A stretch of DNA of 64,000 bases, taken from Cyanobacteria bacterium auto_48_18 (GTDB lineage Bacteria; Cyanobacteriota; Vampirovibrionia; Obscuribacterales; Obscuribacteraceae). Where the stretch lies: the NCBI GenBank assembly GCA_036170915.1, contig JAVHQC010000034.1, forward strand, positions 49,492 to 113,491, in the 5' to 3' direction. Each line of letters starts with the position of its first letter. The first letter of the stretch is position 1. Under the pieces are notes generated by a model. The model was not told where the DNA came from. It searched no databases and was given only the letters and a program-made list of their open reading frames with translations. Below, piece after piece: positions 1 to 8,656 of this stretch. Made by a program: the position numbers and the translations under genes.

Positions 1-2040
1 CAGCCGGGCCAACACTTCTGAAATATTAGACGGCCCGCGGAGACTGAGGCGAGAAAGCTGAGTTAGCATTTTGGTTTTGGCAAAATAAGACTGCCCTGCA
101 GGAGTCAATTCGATATGCAGTGCTGCAAGTTTAGTCAGCGGTTTAAGATATGGCAAGTCGGCATATTCGAAGCTGATGCCAGGCAGACTTAAATAATCAA
201 GCTCGGTCATTCTCGACACGAAAGGCATGACTCTGGTGCTGTCGCCTTTGCCTATAATAATTCCTTTTAAATCGTCTTTATAAAACTTCTTCAGCAGTTC
301 AGGGAACTCGCCTACAAGCGGATTAGTGTTGAGGCTGAGGTAAGCGTCAGCCGGGACGATGCACTCGCCCCGAGCGTCAACGGTGTAGGGCATGCCTTCT
401 TTAAAATAGGTCAAGGTGCCGATAGAAAAGCTTGGTGAAAAAGAGAACACTTTCAGTTGCTTTTCGTTCGAGCGCACTGTGTTTATGAGATAAGGTGCGG
501 CTGATTTGGAGAATTCTTTTGCGCCAATACCATCGTCATCAACCACCGCTGGTAGCGTCAGGCTTGGACTTTTGGCAGTATCTTCCGCTTGTTCAATTCT
601 CGGCACAAGTTCTGGTTGAGGAGCGTGATCGCGAGTAAAAACCCAGATTAATGCGGCACTGAGCGGCAACGAAAGCACGGCGGCAAAAACCAGCAATGTT
701 GCGGGCGAAAGAATATTGGTGGTGTGCTCACCGCTGTTACCATTCTCATGAACCCGGGCCGATTGCTTACCACTCAATGATGAAAAAGCAGTTACTTCTT
801 TGCCTTGTTTAATACGCTCAAGATCAAGAGCTAATTCTTTAGCAGACTGGTAACGATCACGGGGCAGCTTGGCCAGACATTTGGCAATGACTAAATCTAT
901 GGATGCCGGAAATTCTTTATCACTGACGGCGGAAAGATTAGGCGGATCTTTTTCTTCATGCATCAATGCAATTTCTACAGATGAATCTGCCTCAAAAGGA
1001 ACATAACCGGTAAGGGTTTCAAAAATGGAGCAGCCCACAGAATACAGATCTGAGCGCGCGTCTACCGTCTCGCCCATGCATTGTTCTGGGCTCATATAAA
1101 AAGGGCTGCCGAAAACCTCACCTACGGCTGTAAGCTGCTGTGAGTCATCACCTTCGCTCACCAGTTTCGAAATGCCAAAATCGAGTATTTTAATTGCTGG
1201 CAAGACGCCGGCGGTTTCAGACGCACAAATAAAGATATTGGCAGGTTTGATATCACGGTGCACAATGCGCTGCCGGTGTGCGTATGCCAGTGCGTCAAGC
1301 ACAGGCAGAAAGATCTCAATGGTATGCTCCAGGCTCTGGGCACCGTCCTGCGCCAAGATGTCTTCCAGGTTGCGACCTTTCAGATAATCCATAGAGTAGT
1401 AAAAAAGTGTTTTCTCGTGCACACCCAGATCGTAAACGTTAACCAGGTTGGGGTGATTTAAAGCTGCCAGTATTTTTGCTTCTGCCTGAAAGCGTAGCCA
1501 GTATTCTTCGCTGACAAAATCAGGGGCCAATATTTTTAGAGCATACTTTTTTTGCATTGCCTGGTGGTAGGCAAGATAGACAACACCCATACCACCTTCG
1601 CCAATCATTGATTCAATTTTGAACGTGCCACCAATAACGGTGCCCGGACGCAACGGCGTACCAGCTTCAATGCTTGCATTTTCTAGTTGCGCCTTTAAAA
1701 TTTCAGTTGAGCGTCTTCTTTGTTTGATACGCTCGGCCGTGAGCGTGCGGCTGTTGTCAGACTTACTTTCGGTGCGGGTGCGAAACTTGGGCCGGGCGCA
1801 CTGGCATCGCAGTTCTTTAAAAAGAAATGCCGTGAATGAGCCGGCCTTTTGGCCGGTGGGGCGGGACTTACCGCATTTTAAACAAATGGCTTCTTCGCGA
1901 ACAATTGTCGCCTGCGACTTTTTTGACGATACTTCTTTTTGACATTGGCAGAAATTGTGCTGAAAGAAATAAGAAGTCATGGAACCAGCGCGAGCGGTGG
2001 CTTCAGGTTTGCCGCAGTTATGACAAAGATCTTTCGCCAT
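1..2040 (-). CDS. Ser/Thr protein kinase (Hanks type): N-terminal tandem Cys repeats, kinase, TM helix, C-terminal LRR-like region; 3' end runs off the window
   Basis: Not in the ORF track (edge-truncated). Translated by hand in sampled segments from ATG 2040: MAKDLCHNCGK..., IGEGGMGVVY, YALK, HRDIKPAN, DFG, GSPFYMSPEQ; TM ATLLVFAAVLSLPLSAALIWVF; LRR-like MTELDYLSLP...LTKLAALHI...LTQLSRLSL. Confidence 0.9.
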   Translation of the reverse strand, partial: MAKDLCHNCGKPEATARAGSMTSYFFQHNFCQCQKEVSSKKSQATIVREEAICLKCGKSRPTGQKAGSFTAFLFKELRCQCARPKFRTRTESKSDNSRTLTAERIKQRRRSTEILKAQLENASIEAGTPLRPGTVIGGTFKIESMIGEGGMGVVYLAYHQAMQKKYALKILAPDFVSEEYWLRFQAEAKILAALNHPNLVNVYDLGVHEKTLFYYSMDYLKGRNLEDILAQDGAQSLEHTIEIFLPVLDALAYAHRQRIVHRDIKPANIFICASETAGVLPAIKILDFGISKLVSEGDDSQQLTAVGEVFGSPFYMSPEQCMGETVDARSDLYSVGCSIFETLTGYVPFEADSSVEIALMHEEKDPPNLSAVSDKEFPASIDLVIAKCLAKLPRDRYQSAKELALDLERIKQGKEVTAFSSLSGKQSARVHENGNSGEHTTNILSPATLLVFAAVLSLPLSAALIWVFTRDHAPQPELVPRIEQAEDTAKSPSLTLPAVVDDDGIGAKEFSKSAAPYLINTVRSNEKQLKVFSFSPSFSIGTLTYFKEGMPYTVDARGECIVPADAYLSLNTNPLVGEFPELLKKFYKDDLKGIIIGKGDSTRVMPFVSRMTELDYLSLPGISFEYADLPYLKPLTKLAALHIELTPAGQSYFAKTKMLTQLSRLSLRGPSNISEVLARL

Positions 2041-2043
2041 TCG

Positions 2044-2080
2044 GATGGTTAGTTGCCCCAGTATTCAGCAACTAACCATC
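2044..2080. promoter_or_regulatory. 13-bp perfect inverted repeat immediately upstream of the kinase start codon
   Basis: GATGGTTAGTTGC (2044-2056), 11-nt loop, GCAACTAACCATC (2068-2080). Confidence 0.5.
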
Positions 2081-2107
2081 ATAGCGCCATCAAGGCAAAA
2101 AACAACT

Positions 2108-3793
2108 CTACTTAGTGTCACTATCTGATTTGCTGCTCACCATTACTTTCTTTGGGGGCAAACGTTTGTCGATGGCCTCAGCGGCATATTTTCGACCAAA
2201 GTTAAATAAGCGCCAGTCAGTTTCCAGGCTCTTGTTTCTTGTGGTTTGCTGCTCTTTTAATCTTTGCAATATATCGTGCGCCTTTTCTGGCGGCAGGTCG
2301 TCGAGGCCGGCAATTAGCGGCCCAATGCCGTCAGCTGAAAGGGTCATGGCGTAGTTGACATCAAAGTTCTTCGGCGCTTCATTTAGCACCAGGCCGATGT
2401 CTTGAGGACGCAATTTTGCCTGAGCCATATTGCTAGCTTGAACCATAGCATCAGGATTAGCGATGTTTACGCCAAGCATAATCGCTACTCCTGAAAGGTA
2501 GCTGGCAAAAGCGAAGCGCTGGCGATTGCCACTGAGAACGGTGGCGGCAAAGATGGCACAAACAGAGCCAAGCCAGCTCATAAAAACGGTGACGTACAAG
2601 CGCAGCTCAGATTGACCAAAAGCAGCTTGATACAAATTCATACGCACAAAGGCAGATGAAAGAATCACCAGCACCAGGGCAATTTGAGTGCCTGCCAGAA
2701 GCCTGAATGTATATTCGCCCAGCTTTGATTTGCGCGTAAGCATGGCATCTGCAGCTAAGAGCAGTGGCAGCACCAGTGCCACCACGGTATTCAATTCGAA
2801 GAATCCTTTGTGTACATAATCAGCGTAACTCAGTCCAGGTGTAAGTTCTACCAGGCTGGCGCCACCAAACAGGTAACGCAATTGCACAATTACAAATCCG
2901 GCGAAAAGCAAATTGATTGATCCCAGCACTGTTGCCATTTCGGTCAAACCGAGGGTTAACCATTGTTTGTTTTCCACCACAGTGTCTGGAATCACCGCAT
3001 TAAATCTGGTGGCACTTATACTTGTACTTGAAGTGGCACTTGAGTTGGCACTGATTAATTCAGAATTGAGCTGATCGTATTCAAATCCGTCATGCAGAGG
3101 TGCGATTAAAGGCGAATTTGGCTGGTCAATTTTAAATATCGAAAGTCCATGAAGAAAACCGGCTGCCAACCAGGCAGTGGCTGAACCGAGCACGAGGTTA
3201 GAGGCCAGATCGGCAAAGTCAATTTTAAAAGTCTGCTGGGCAATGGCAGCAAATGCCGGGTCGGCCGCGAGGAATAAGCCGAGAAATATTCCCACTAGCG
3301 GTGTGGCTATGGCTAAGCCTTTGAGAAATGCGGCGAGATATTTGGCTTTAGATTCAGACATCATCTCGTTCCAATTAATATTGCGCACCAGAAGTTCGAT
3401 GGTGTTGAAGAGCGGCGTGATGGCGAAAGTAACTAATGCCGCCGCATAATTTGCCAGAGTACCTTTGCCAAGCGGGGTGCCCATTAGTGAGAATGATGTG
3501 CAGGCCAGGCCGGTGAAAATAATGCCCAGGTCAATGGCTAAAAGAGTGGGTGAATCACGCAGAACAAAGAAGAGAGAAAAGAGCACCGCCGGAATGAGAA
3601 ATGCCAGACCTTTGCGCCGTGACGCGATTTTGCTGGCGCAGGCGAGCAGGCTCGTGGCCAGGGCTAGAGCGATGGTCATCACCGGAACGGCGAGTCCGGC
3701 CATTGTATTCGATTGAAGGTTTGCCTTGAGCAGTATGTCGGCCAGCACACCCATAACAGCTGCTGAAGCCAGAATTGCTAGAGGAATATTCAT
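2108..3793 (-). CDS. DUF4173/DUF4153 family polytopic membrane protein
   Basis: Many TM helices; motifs LFLAADPAF, QLRYLFGG, YADYVHKGFFEL, RMNLYQAAFGQSELRLY, DVNYAMTLSADG. Confidence 0.8.
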   Translation of the reverse strand: MNIPLAILASAAVMGVLADILLKANLQSNTMAGLAVPVMTIALALATSLLACASKIASRRKGLAFLIPAVLFSLFFVLRDSPTLLAIDLGIIFTGLACTSFSLMGTPLGKGTLANYAAALVTFAITPLFNTIELLVRNINWNEMMSESKAKYLAAFLKGLAIATPLVGIFLGLFLAADPAFAAIAQQTFKIDFADLASNLVLGSATAWLAAGFLHGLSIFKIDQPNSPLIAPLHDGFEYDQLNSELISANSSATSSTSISATRFNAVIPDTVVENKQWLTLGLTEMATVLGSINLLFAGFVIVQLRYLFGGASLVELTPGLSYADYVHKGFFELNTVVALVLPLLLAADAMLTRKSKLGEYTFRLLAGTQIALVLVILSSAFVRMNLYQAAFGQSELRLYVTVFMSWLGSVCAIFAATVLSGNRQRFAFASYLSGVAIMLGVNIANPDAMVQASNMAQAKLRPQDIGLVLNEAPKNFDVNYAMTLSADGIGPLIAGLDDLPPEKAHDILQRLKEQQTTRNKSLETDWRLFNFGRKYAAEAIDKRLPPKKVMVSSKSDSDTK

Positions 3794-4089
3794 TGATTGG
3801 TTCTCTTTTAGAGTAGTCTTTTAACCGGAATAAAAATGTTAATTCAGGCACACGACAACGCAAGTGCTGCGCGCTGATTGCGCGCCACTCCAAGTTGGTG
3901 GTTGTGTGTTATTACCGTTATAACTCTGCGAAGTTAAGGCGCCGATCTATTCCTTAACCTCAAAAGCTTGTGTTAACTGACAAATTTCGCTGGGTGCTGC
4001 ATTAGACTGGTGCTGTTAGAGCAAGTTAGACCTTGGTAAAGACTGGGGATGAAAAGTTAAGACAAGCTGAGTAAATGAAAGGGAAAGCG

Positions 4090-4947
4090 ATGCGCGACAA
4101 AATTGTGGCAGGGGCCGACCTGACCGGTTCAAAAGATAATCCGAACGAAGCCTGGTTGGTGGTTGGACGCTTCAGTAATCTGGGTTTTGAGCTAGTGGAA
4201 GTTAAGAAAACAAGCTCTCACGCTTTAAATAAGGATCTGGCCGAGCACAAAACCTTAAGCGCTATTGGTATTGATTGCCCATTTTCTTTGCCTGCCGCAT
4301 TTCTTGATTTTCTCGCTACTAAGAAGACCAAAAAGAGCTATCAATCCTGGCAAGAAGTGGTAGAAGAGTTGGTGTTTATTCCTTTTGATGAATTTACAGC
4401 TCTGGCTAAAGAATTTGGCAAAGAAGCGAAGCGCATTACTGATACTGCTGGTGGTGCTTCTGGTTTGAGCCCACTTAAGCGTGCCAACCCTGCCATGTTG
4501 CATCTGACTTATCACGGTATGCGCACCCTGGCGTCGCTTGACCCCAGTCGGTTTTTTGTACTGCCATTTCAGAACGCCATTCCTTTTGGTTGTGCCGTGC
4601 TTGAAGTGCAGCCCCGTGAAACTCTCAAATATCTTGGCATTACCGATGCTGTTTTTGTCACTAAAGAAAAACACGACGAAAATCTGGTTGAGGCCCACCG
4701 TGAGAAATTAGTACAAAATTTGCTCAAGGTCAAAGAACGCAAGGCTCTCACATTGAAAGAAATTCCCGCTTTGATTATTCAAAAATCTTTTTTGCATAAT
4801 TTCCGCCATTCTGACCGTGCCATCGATGCGCTGATTTCTTGCTACACCACTGCCATATTTAGTTTTGCTCCCACTCATTTTGATGATCCGTTTTCGTCAG
4901 ACGCTCTGGAAGTCTTGTTAGAAGGATGGGTTTACCGGGCAAAGTAA
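4090..4947 (+). CDS. DUF429 family protein (predicted RNase H-like nuclease fold)
   Basis: GADLTG, IGIDCPFSLP, LEVQP, IDAL and C-terminal EGWVY motifs; alternative start at 4075. Confidence 0.7.
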   Translation: MRDKIVAGADLTGSKDNPNEAWLVVGRFSNLGFELVEVKKTSSHALNKDLAEHKTLSAIGIDCPFSLPAAFLDFLATKKTKKSYQSWQEVVEELVFIPFDEFTALAKEFGKEAKRITDTAGGASGLSPLKRANPAMLHLTYHGMRTLASLDPSRFFVLPFQNAIPFGCAVLEVQPRETLKYLGITDAVFVTKEKHDENLVEAHREKLVQNLLKVKERKALTLKEIPALIIQKSFLHNFRHSDRAIDALISCYTTAIFSFAPTHFDDPFSSDALEVLLEGWVYRAK

Positions 4948-4971
4948 TTTTGCAGTTGGCGAGACAATTTC

Positions 4972-5544
4972 GTGACATTAAAATACCGCCTGGCCGTTGA
5001 TAGTGATTTTGACAAAATGGTGCTTCTGCAAAATCGCTACCTTGGCGCAAATCTTGATAGTGATCAGAAGAAAGATGGTTTTCTGTCAGGCCAGTTTACG
5101 TCGCAGCAATTTAAGCGCATTAATGAGGATGTGGCGGTAATTGTGGCCGAGAGTCGTGAGGCAGAAGATGGGTCGAAGTTTAAAAATAGTATCGTGGCAT
5201 TTTTGTGTGCTTCCACTCCAGAATTAAATCAATCATCGCCCTTACCGCGGGCAATGATCGGCGAGTTTCCCACTGCTATGCTGGAAGGCGAAAAGCTTTC
5301 ACATCTGCATCCTTTAATTTGTGGTCCTGTCTGCGTCGATGCTAGTTATCGCGGAAAGGGTCTGGTTACCGAGCTCTACAGTAAGCTTTTTCTACACATT
5401 GCCGACAGATTCAAAGCAGCTGTGGTTTTCGTGGCTGTGGACAACCCGCGTTCGATAGCTGCCCACCATAAACTTGGCATGCAGGTAGTGAAAAATTTCC
5501 ATTACGCTGAAAAAGAGTATGTGATTATGGCACTAAATCTGTAG
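4972..5544 (+). CDS. GNAT family N-acetyltransferase
   Basis: VCVDASYRGKGL acetyl-CoA motif; NPRSIAAHHKLG. Confidence 0.85.
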   Translation: MTLKYRLAVDSDFDKMVLLQNRYLGANLDSDQKKDGFLSGQFTSQQFKRINEDVAVIVAESREAEDGSKFKNSIVAFLCASTPELNQSSPLPRAMIGEFPTAMLEGEKLSHLHPLICGPVCVDASYRGKGLVTELYSKLFLHIADRFKAAVVFVAVDNPRSIAAHHKLGMQVVKNFHYAEKEYVIMALNL

Positions 5545-5586
5545 TAAGTCGTCTACGGCTCCGTCAAGTTTCCCTGAGGAGGGCGT

Positions 5587-5988
5587 ATGCGCACACTATT
5601 GTCTCTGGCTGCCGGTTTACTGGTAGCAATCAGTTGTTCGGCATCTATGGCATGGGCAGACGAGCCGCCGAAAGCAGATAATTCTGCTCACAATAAAGGG
5701 TCTATGCGCGAAGACGCTGTTACTGCTGAAAAGCAGGGTAATGCCAAAAGCGATATTGAGGTTTTGGCTAAAGTGCGTAAATCAATCGTAGCTGCAAAAG
5801 GGCTTTCCATGAATGCCAAGAATGTCAAAATTCTTTCCAATGGTGGCTCTGTGACTTTGAAAGGGCCTGTGGATAGCGAGGCAGAGAAAAGCAGAGTTGA
5901 AGAGCTGGCTAAATCTTGCCGAGGTGTAACCGGAGTGACAAGTATGATCACGGTCGCCGAGCAAGCCACTAACCGTAACCCTAATTAA
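5587..5988 (+). CDS. BON domain protein, secreted
   Basis: Signal peptide; NVKI...GSVTLKGPVDSEAEKSRVEELAK...GVTGV. Confidence 0.85.
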   Translation: MRTLLSLAAGLLVAISCSASMAWADEPPKADNSAHNKGSMREDAVTAEKQGNAKSDIEVLAKVRKSIVAAKGLSMNAKNVKILSNGGSVTLKGPVDSEAEKSRVEELAKSCRGVTGVTSMITVAEQATNRNPN

Positions 5989-6019
5989 TAACAAGCAAAA
6001 TTTTTTGGAGATAAAGACG

Positions 6020-6538
6020 ATGTCACAATCAGTAATGGGAATTGTTCATACCCGCGAAGAAGCAGAATACATGGTAGATGCGCTTAAGGCCGGCGGTTTT
6101 ACCAATGATGATATTTCTGTGCTTTTCCCTGATAAGGAAGGCACCAAAGATTTTGCTCACGACAATTCTACTAAAGCGCCTGAAGGCGCCATCACCGGCG
6201 TCAGCGCCGGCGGCGTTATCGGCGGAGCACTTGGTCTTTTGGCCGGCATTGGCGCACTAGCTGTACCAGGTGTTGGTCCATTGATTGCAGCTGGCCCACT
6301 AATGGCCGCACTAAGTGGCGCGGCGGTTGGAGCCACAATTGGTGGCGTCAGTGGTGCCTTGATTGGTATGGGCATTCCAGAATACGAAGCAAAATTGTAT
6401 GAAGGCAAAGTGCGCGACGGCAACATTCTAATTGCAGTGCACGGCGCAAACAACGACCAGTTGAAAGTTGCTGAAGACCTCTTCAAAGCCAATCGTGCCA
6501 CCGATGTTCACCGCGTGGGCGAAATAGCAGTTAAGTAA
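6020..6538 (+). CDS. General stress / glycine-zipper membrane protein (YflT/DUF3341-like)
   Basis: GGAG SD at 6007-6010; Gly-rich GALAVPGVGPLIAAGP; GIPEYEAKLYEGKV. Confidence 0.75.
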   Translation: MSQSVMGIVHTREEAEYMVDALKAGGFTNDDISVLFPDKEGTKDFAHDNSTKAPEGAITGVSAGGVIGGALGLLAGIGALAVPGVGPLIAAGPLMAALSGAAVGATIGGVSGALIGMGIPEYEAKLYEGKVRDGNILIAVHGANNDQLKVAEDLFKANRATDVHRVGEIAVK

Positions 6539-6555
6539 GCGCTGAGCTTAGTTTG

Positions 6556-6589
6556 AAAAGAGCACCTGGTTTCGGCGAGGTGCTCTTTT
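6556..6589. terminator. Bidirectional intrinsic terminator
   Basis: AAAAGAGCACCT...AGGTGCTCTTTT between convergent genes. Confidence 0.8.
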
Positions 6590-6633
6590 GATGTGTTTTC
6601 AAAGCTGTATGCATGAGAAGTAAATATTCATAG

Positions 6634-7215
6634 TCACACTTTTATGTTGGTGCCAAGCAAATCGAGGAATTTTTTGATCCACTGTGGATGCCCTGGCCAG
6701 GCCGCTGCACTGACCAAATTGCCGTCGACATTGGCATTGGTAAAATCTTTATTCTGCTCCACAAATGTGCCACCGCAGGCAGTGATCTCAGGAGCCACCG
6801 CCGGATAGGCCATGCAGGATCTGCCATTTAAAACGCCGGCGGCCGTCAGAATCTGCGCGGCGTGACAGACTGCCGCCACCGGTTTATTTTTGTCGAAAAA
6901 ATGCCTGACGCAATCGAGCACATCTTTATTTAGTCGAAGATATTCAGGGGCACGGCCCCCTGAAATCACCAGAGCGTCATAAGTAGTGTAATCGATTTTG
7001 TCAAAGTCAGCGGTAATACCGAAGTTGTGACCGGGCTTTTCGGTGTAGGTCTGGTCACCTTCAAAGTCATGAATAGATGTTTTCACCTTATCGCCGGATT
7101 TTTTACCGGGACAAACACTGTCGACCTGGTGGCCAACCATGAGTAGCATCTGATATGGCACCATGGCCTCGTAGTCTTCCACAAAATCGCCAACAAGTTG
7201 AAGTATTTTGGCCAT
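6634..7215 (-). CDS. DJ-1/PfpI family protein
   Basis: [25 protein letters not shown]; nucleophile in AVCHA; WPGHP; start set to ATG 7215. Confidence 0.92.
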   Translation of the reverse strand: MAKILQLVGDFVEDYEAMVPYQMLLMVGHQVDSVCPGKKSGDKVKTSIHDFEGDQTYTEKPGHNFGITADFDKIDYTTYDALVISGGRAPEYLRLNKDVLDCVRHFFDKNKPVAAVCHAAQILTAAGVLNGRSCMAYPAVAPEITACGGTFVEQNKDFTNANVDGNLVSAAAWPGHPQWIKKFLDLLGTNIKV

Positions 7216-7284
7216 AGTTGCCCCAATTAAGATGAATGTCAGTGACAGTAAAATCACAGTAGATAGATTAGAGCAACTATACAC

Positions 7285-7313
7285 AAAAAAGCACCGGCAG
7301 CGCCGATGCTTTT
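7285..7313 (-). terminator. Probable intrinsic terminator for 7338..7610
   Basis: AAAAAAGCACCGGC...GCCGATGCTTTT; hairpin followed by a U run on the minus strand. Confidence 0.6.
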
Positions 7314-7337
7314 ATTTGGCTACCTGATTTTCGACTG

Positions 7338-7610
7338 TTAGCCGGCCCGTCTGCGAGAAATATGCATTGCTACCACGTTATCCATCAACTCTCTGGAAAA
7401 ACGAGTTTCTACCTGATTCAACTGTGTTTCCTGTTCTGTCATTACTGCTGTGCCTGGGTCGAGCATAAAACTGAAATTATCAAAACCATCGTTGATTGCG
7501 GCATTTCTGCACCTGATTCTTCTTGCCTCAACCATGGCACTGTAATCGCTATGAAAATCCTTAATCACGGCATGTTTGATTAGCCGGTCTTTTAGATTGT
7601 TGTCTGACAT
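7338..7610 (-). CDS. Hypothetical protein (90 aa)
   Basis: ATG with purine-rich upstream sequence and a downstream terminator. Confidence 0.6.
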   Translation of the reverse strand: MSDNNLKDRLIKHAVIKDFHSDYSAMVEARRIRCRNAAINDGFDNFSFMLDPGTAVMTEQETQLNQVETRFSRELMDNVVAMHISRRRAG

Positions 7611-7806
7611 TTCCCTACCCTCGTACTAAAGAACTTCACATCGATTGAGGACTTGGAAACCGGGTGGAAGTTCCGGATATTTGGGTCCAATTAATAAATT
7701 TATTTTGCTAGAAGCTTATGGGTAGCCGATTTGAGTCATGCATAGCTCAGCGTTAGTAGCCGATCTTACACAACAGAAACGCTGGAAGCATGACCAAGAC
7801 TGAGCA

Positions 7807-8580
7807 TTAGTCGGCAGGCTTTTTCAGCGGCTGCGTGGGAACTCTTTCAAGTCTTTCACCAAGAGTAAACTTTGGCTCCGGCCGGCCTGCAAACTCAGGA
7901 CGGCTGCGAATGGCTTTTGCTTCGGAGAGTCGATTTTCGGCTGTGAGGAAGTCGGCATACTCGAGCCATACCAACTTTTCAAAGGCAGGGTCATGCTTAG
8001 ATTTGGTCAAACTTGCCGTCGCTGCCTTAAAGAAACGTTCAGCATCTTTGCTGTTTTTCTTCAAAGCGCTAGCCCTGGCTTTTTCCAGATTTTTCAGGGC
8101 GCTTGTGTCCGCCGCACCTTCTTTCGATTTCGATTCAACTGTGCCGGTTTGCCCTTTCACTTTGTCAGGGGCAACGATAAAATTGCCATCTATAATTTGA
8201 ATAGGCCCAGGTTTAAGCGGAGTGCTATCTGTTTTATTGCTGCTTTGGGCAAAGACGCTACTGCAAGAAATCACGAGAGCCCAAAAAGAAGCGGCAATTT
8301 GCCTGACTCTGCGAGCGGCATCTCTGATTTTCCTCAAGCCCACTGGACAGTCTTCGGTAAGCATAGTGCCGTCAGCCCGACGATAAATGCGCAAACATGA
8401 GGCGCTACCCCCGGCCAAAAGTTCCACCACCTCTTTTTTGCTCATCTGGCTGGTGTTGTAGACATTGAGCTGGCACGAGCCGCAAAAGCGCACCTTGTCT
8501 GTGCCTTCCATGTTTTCCCAGCCGATATTGCAAGGCGAGGCAATCATCACGTCATTTAAAGGGTTTGATTCTTCGTTCAT
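7807..8580 (-). CDS. Hypothetical protein with Cys-rich N-terminal domain, internal hydrophobic segment and helical C-terminus
   Basis: IASPC-x3-W-x2-M-x-G-x-DKVRFCGSCQLNVYN...CLRIYRRADG...DCP; GAGG SD. Confidence 0.75.
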   Translation of the reverse strand: MNEESNPLNDVMIASPCNIGWENMEGTDKVRFCGSCQLNVYNTSQMSKKEVVELLAGGSASCLRIYRRADGTMLTEDCPVGLRKIRDAARRVRQIAASFWALVISCSSVFAQSSNKTDSTPLKPGPIQIIDGNFIVAPDKVKGQTGTVESKSKEGAADTSALKNLEKARASALKKNSKDAERFFKAATASLTKSKHDPAFEKLVWLEYADFLTAENRLSEAKAIRSRPEFAGRPEPKFTLGERLERVPTQPLKKPAD

Positions 8581-8656
8581 GGTGACCTCTATGTGGTCGA
8601 GCTTAAAACACTATACCCGGGTACAACATTGATAATTTATTTTTGAAAGGCACAAA

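Noticed and set aside
1158..2075. Short ORFs listed by the track at the window start
   Set aside because: They lie within or opposite the edge-truncated kinase CDS (1..2040, minus strand).
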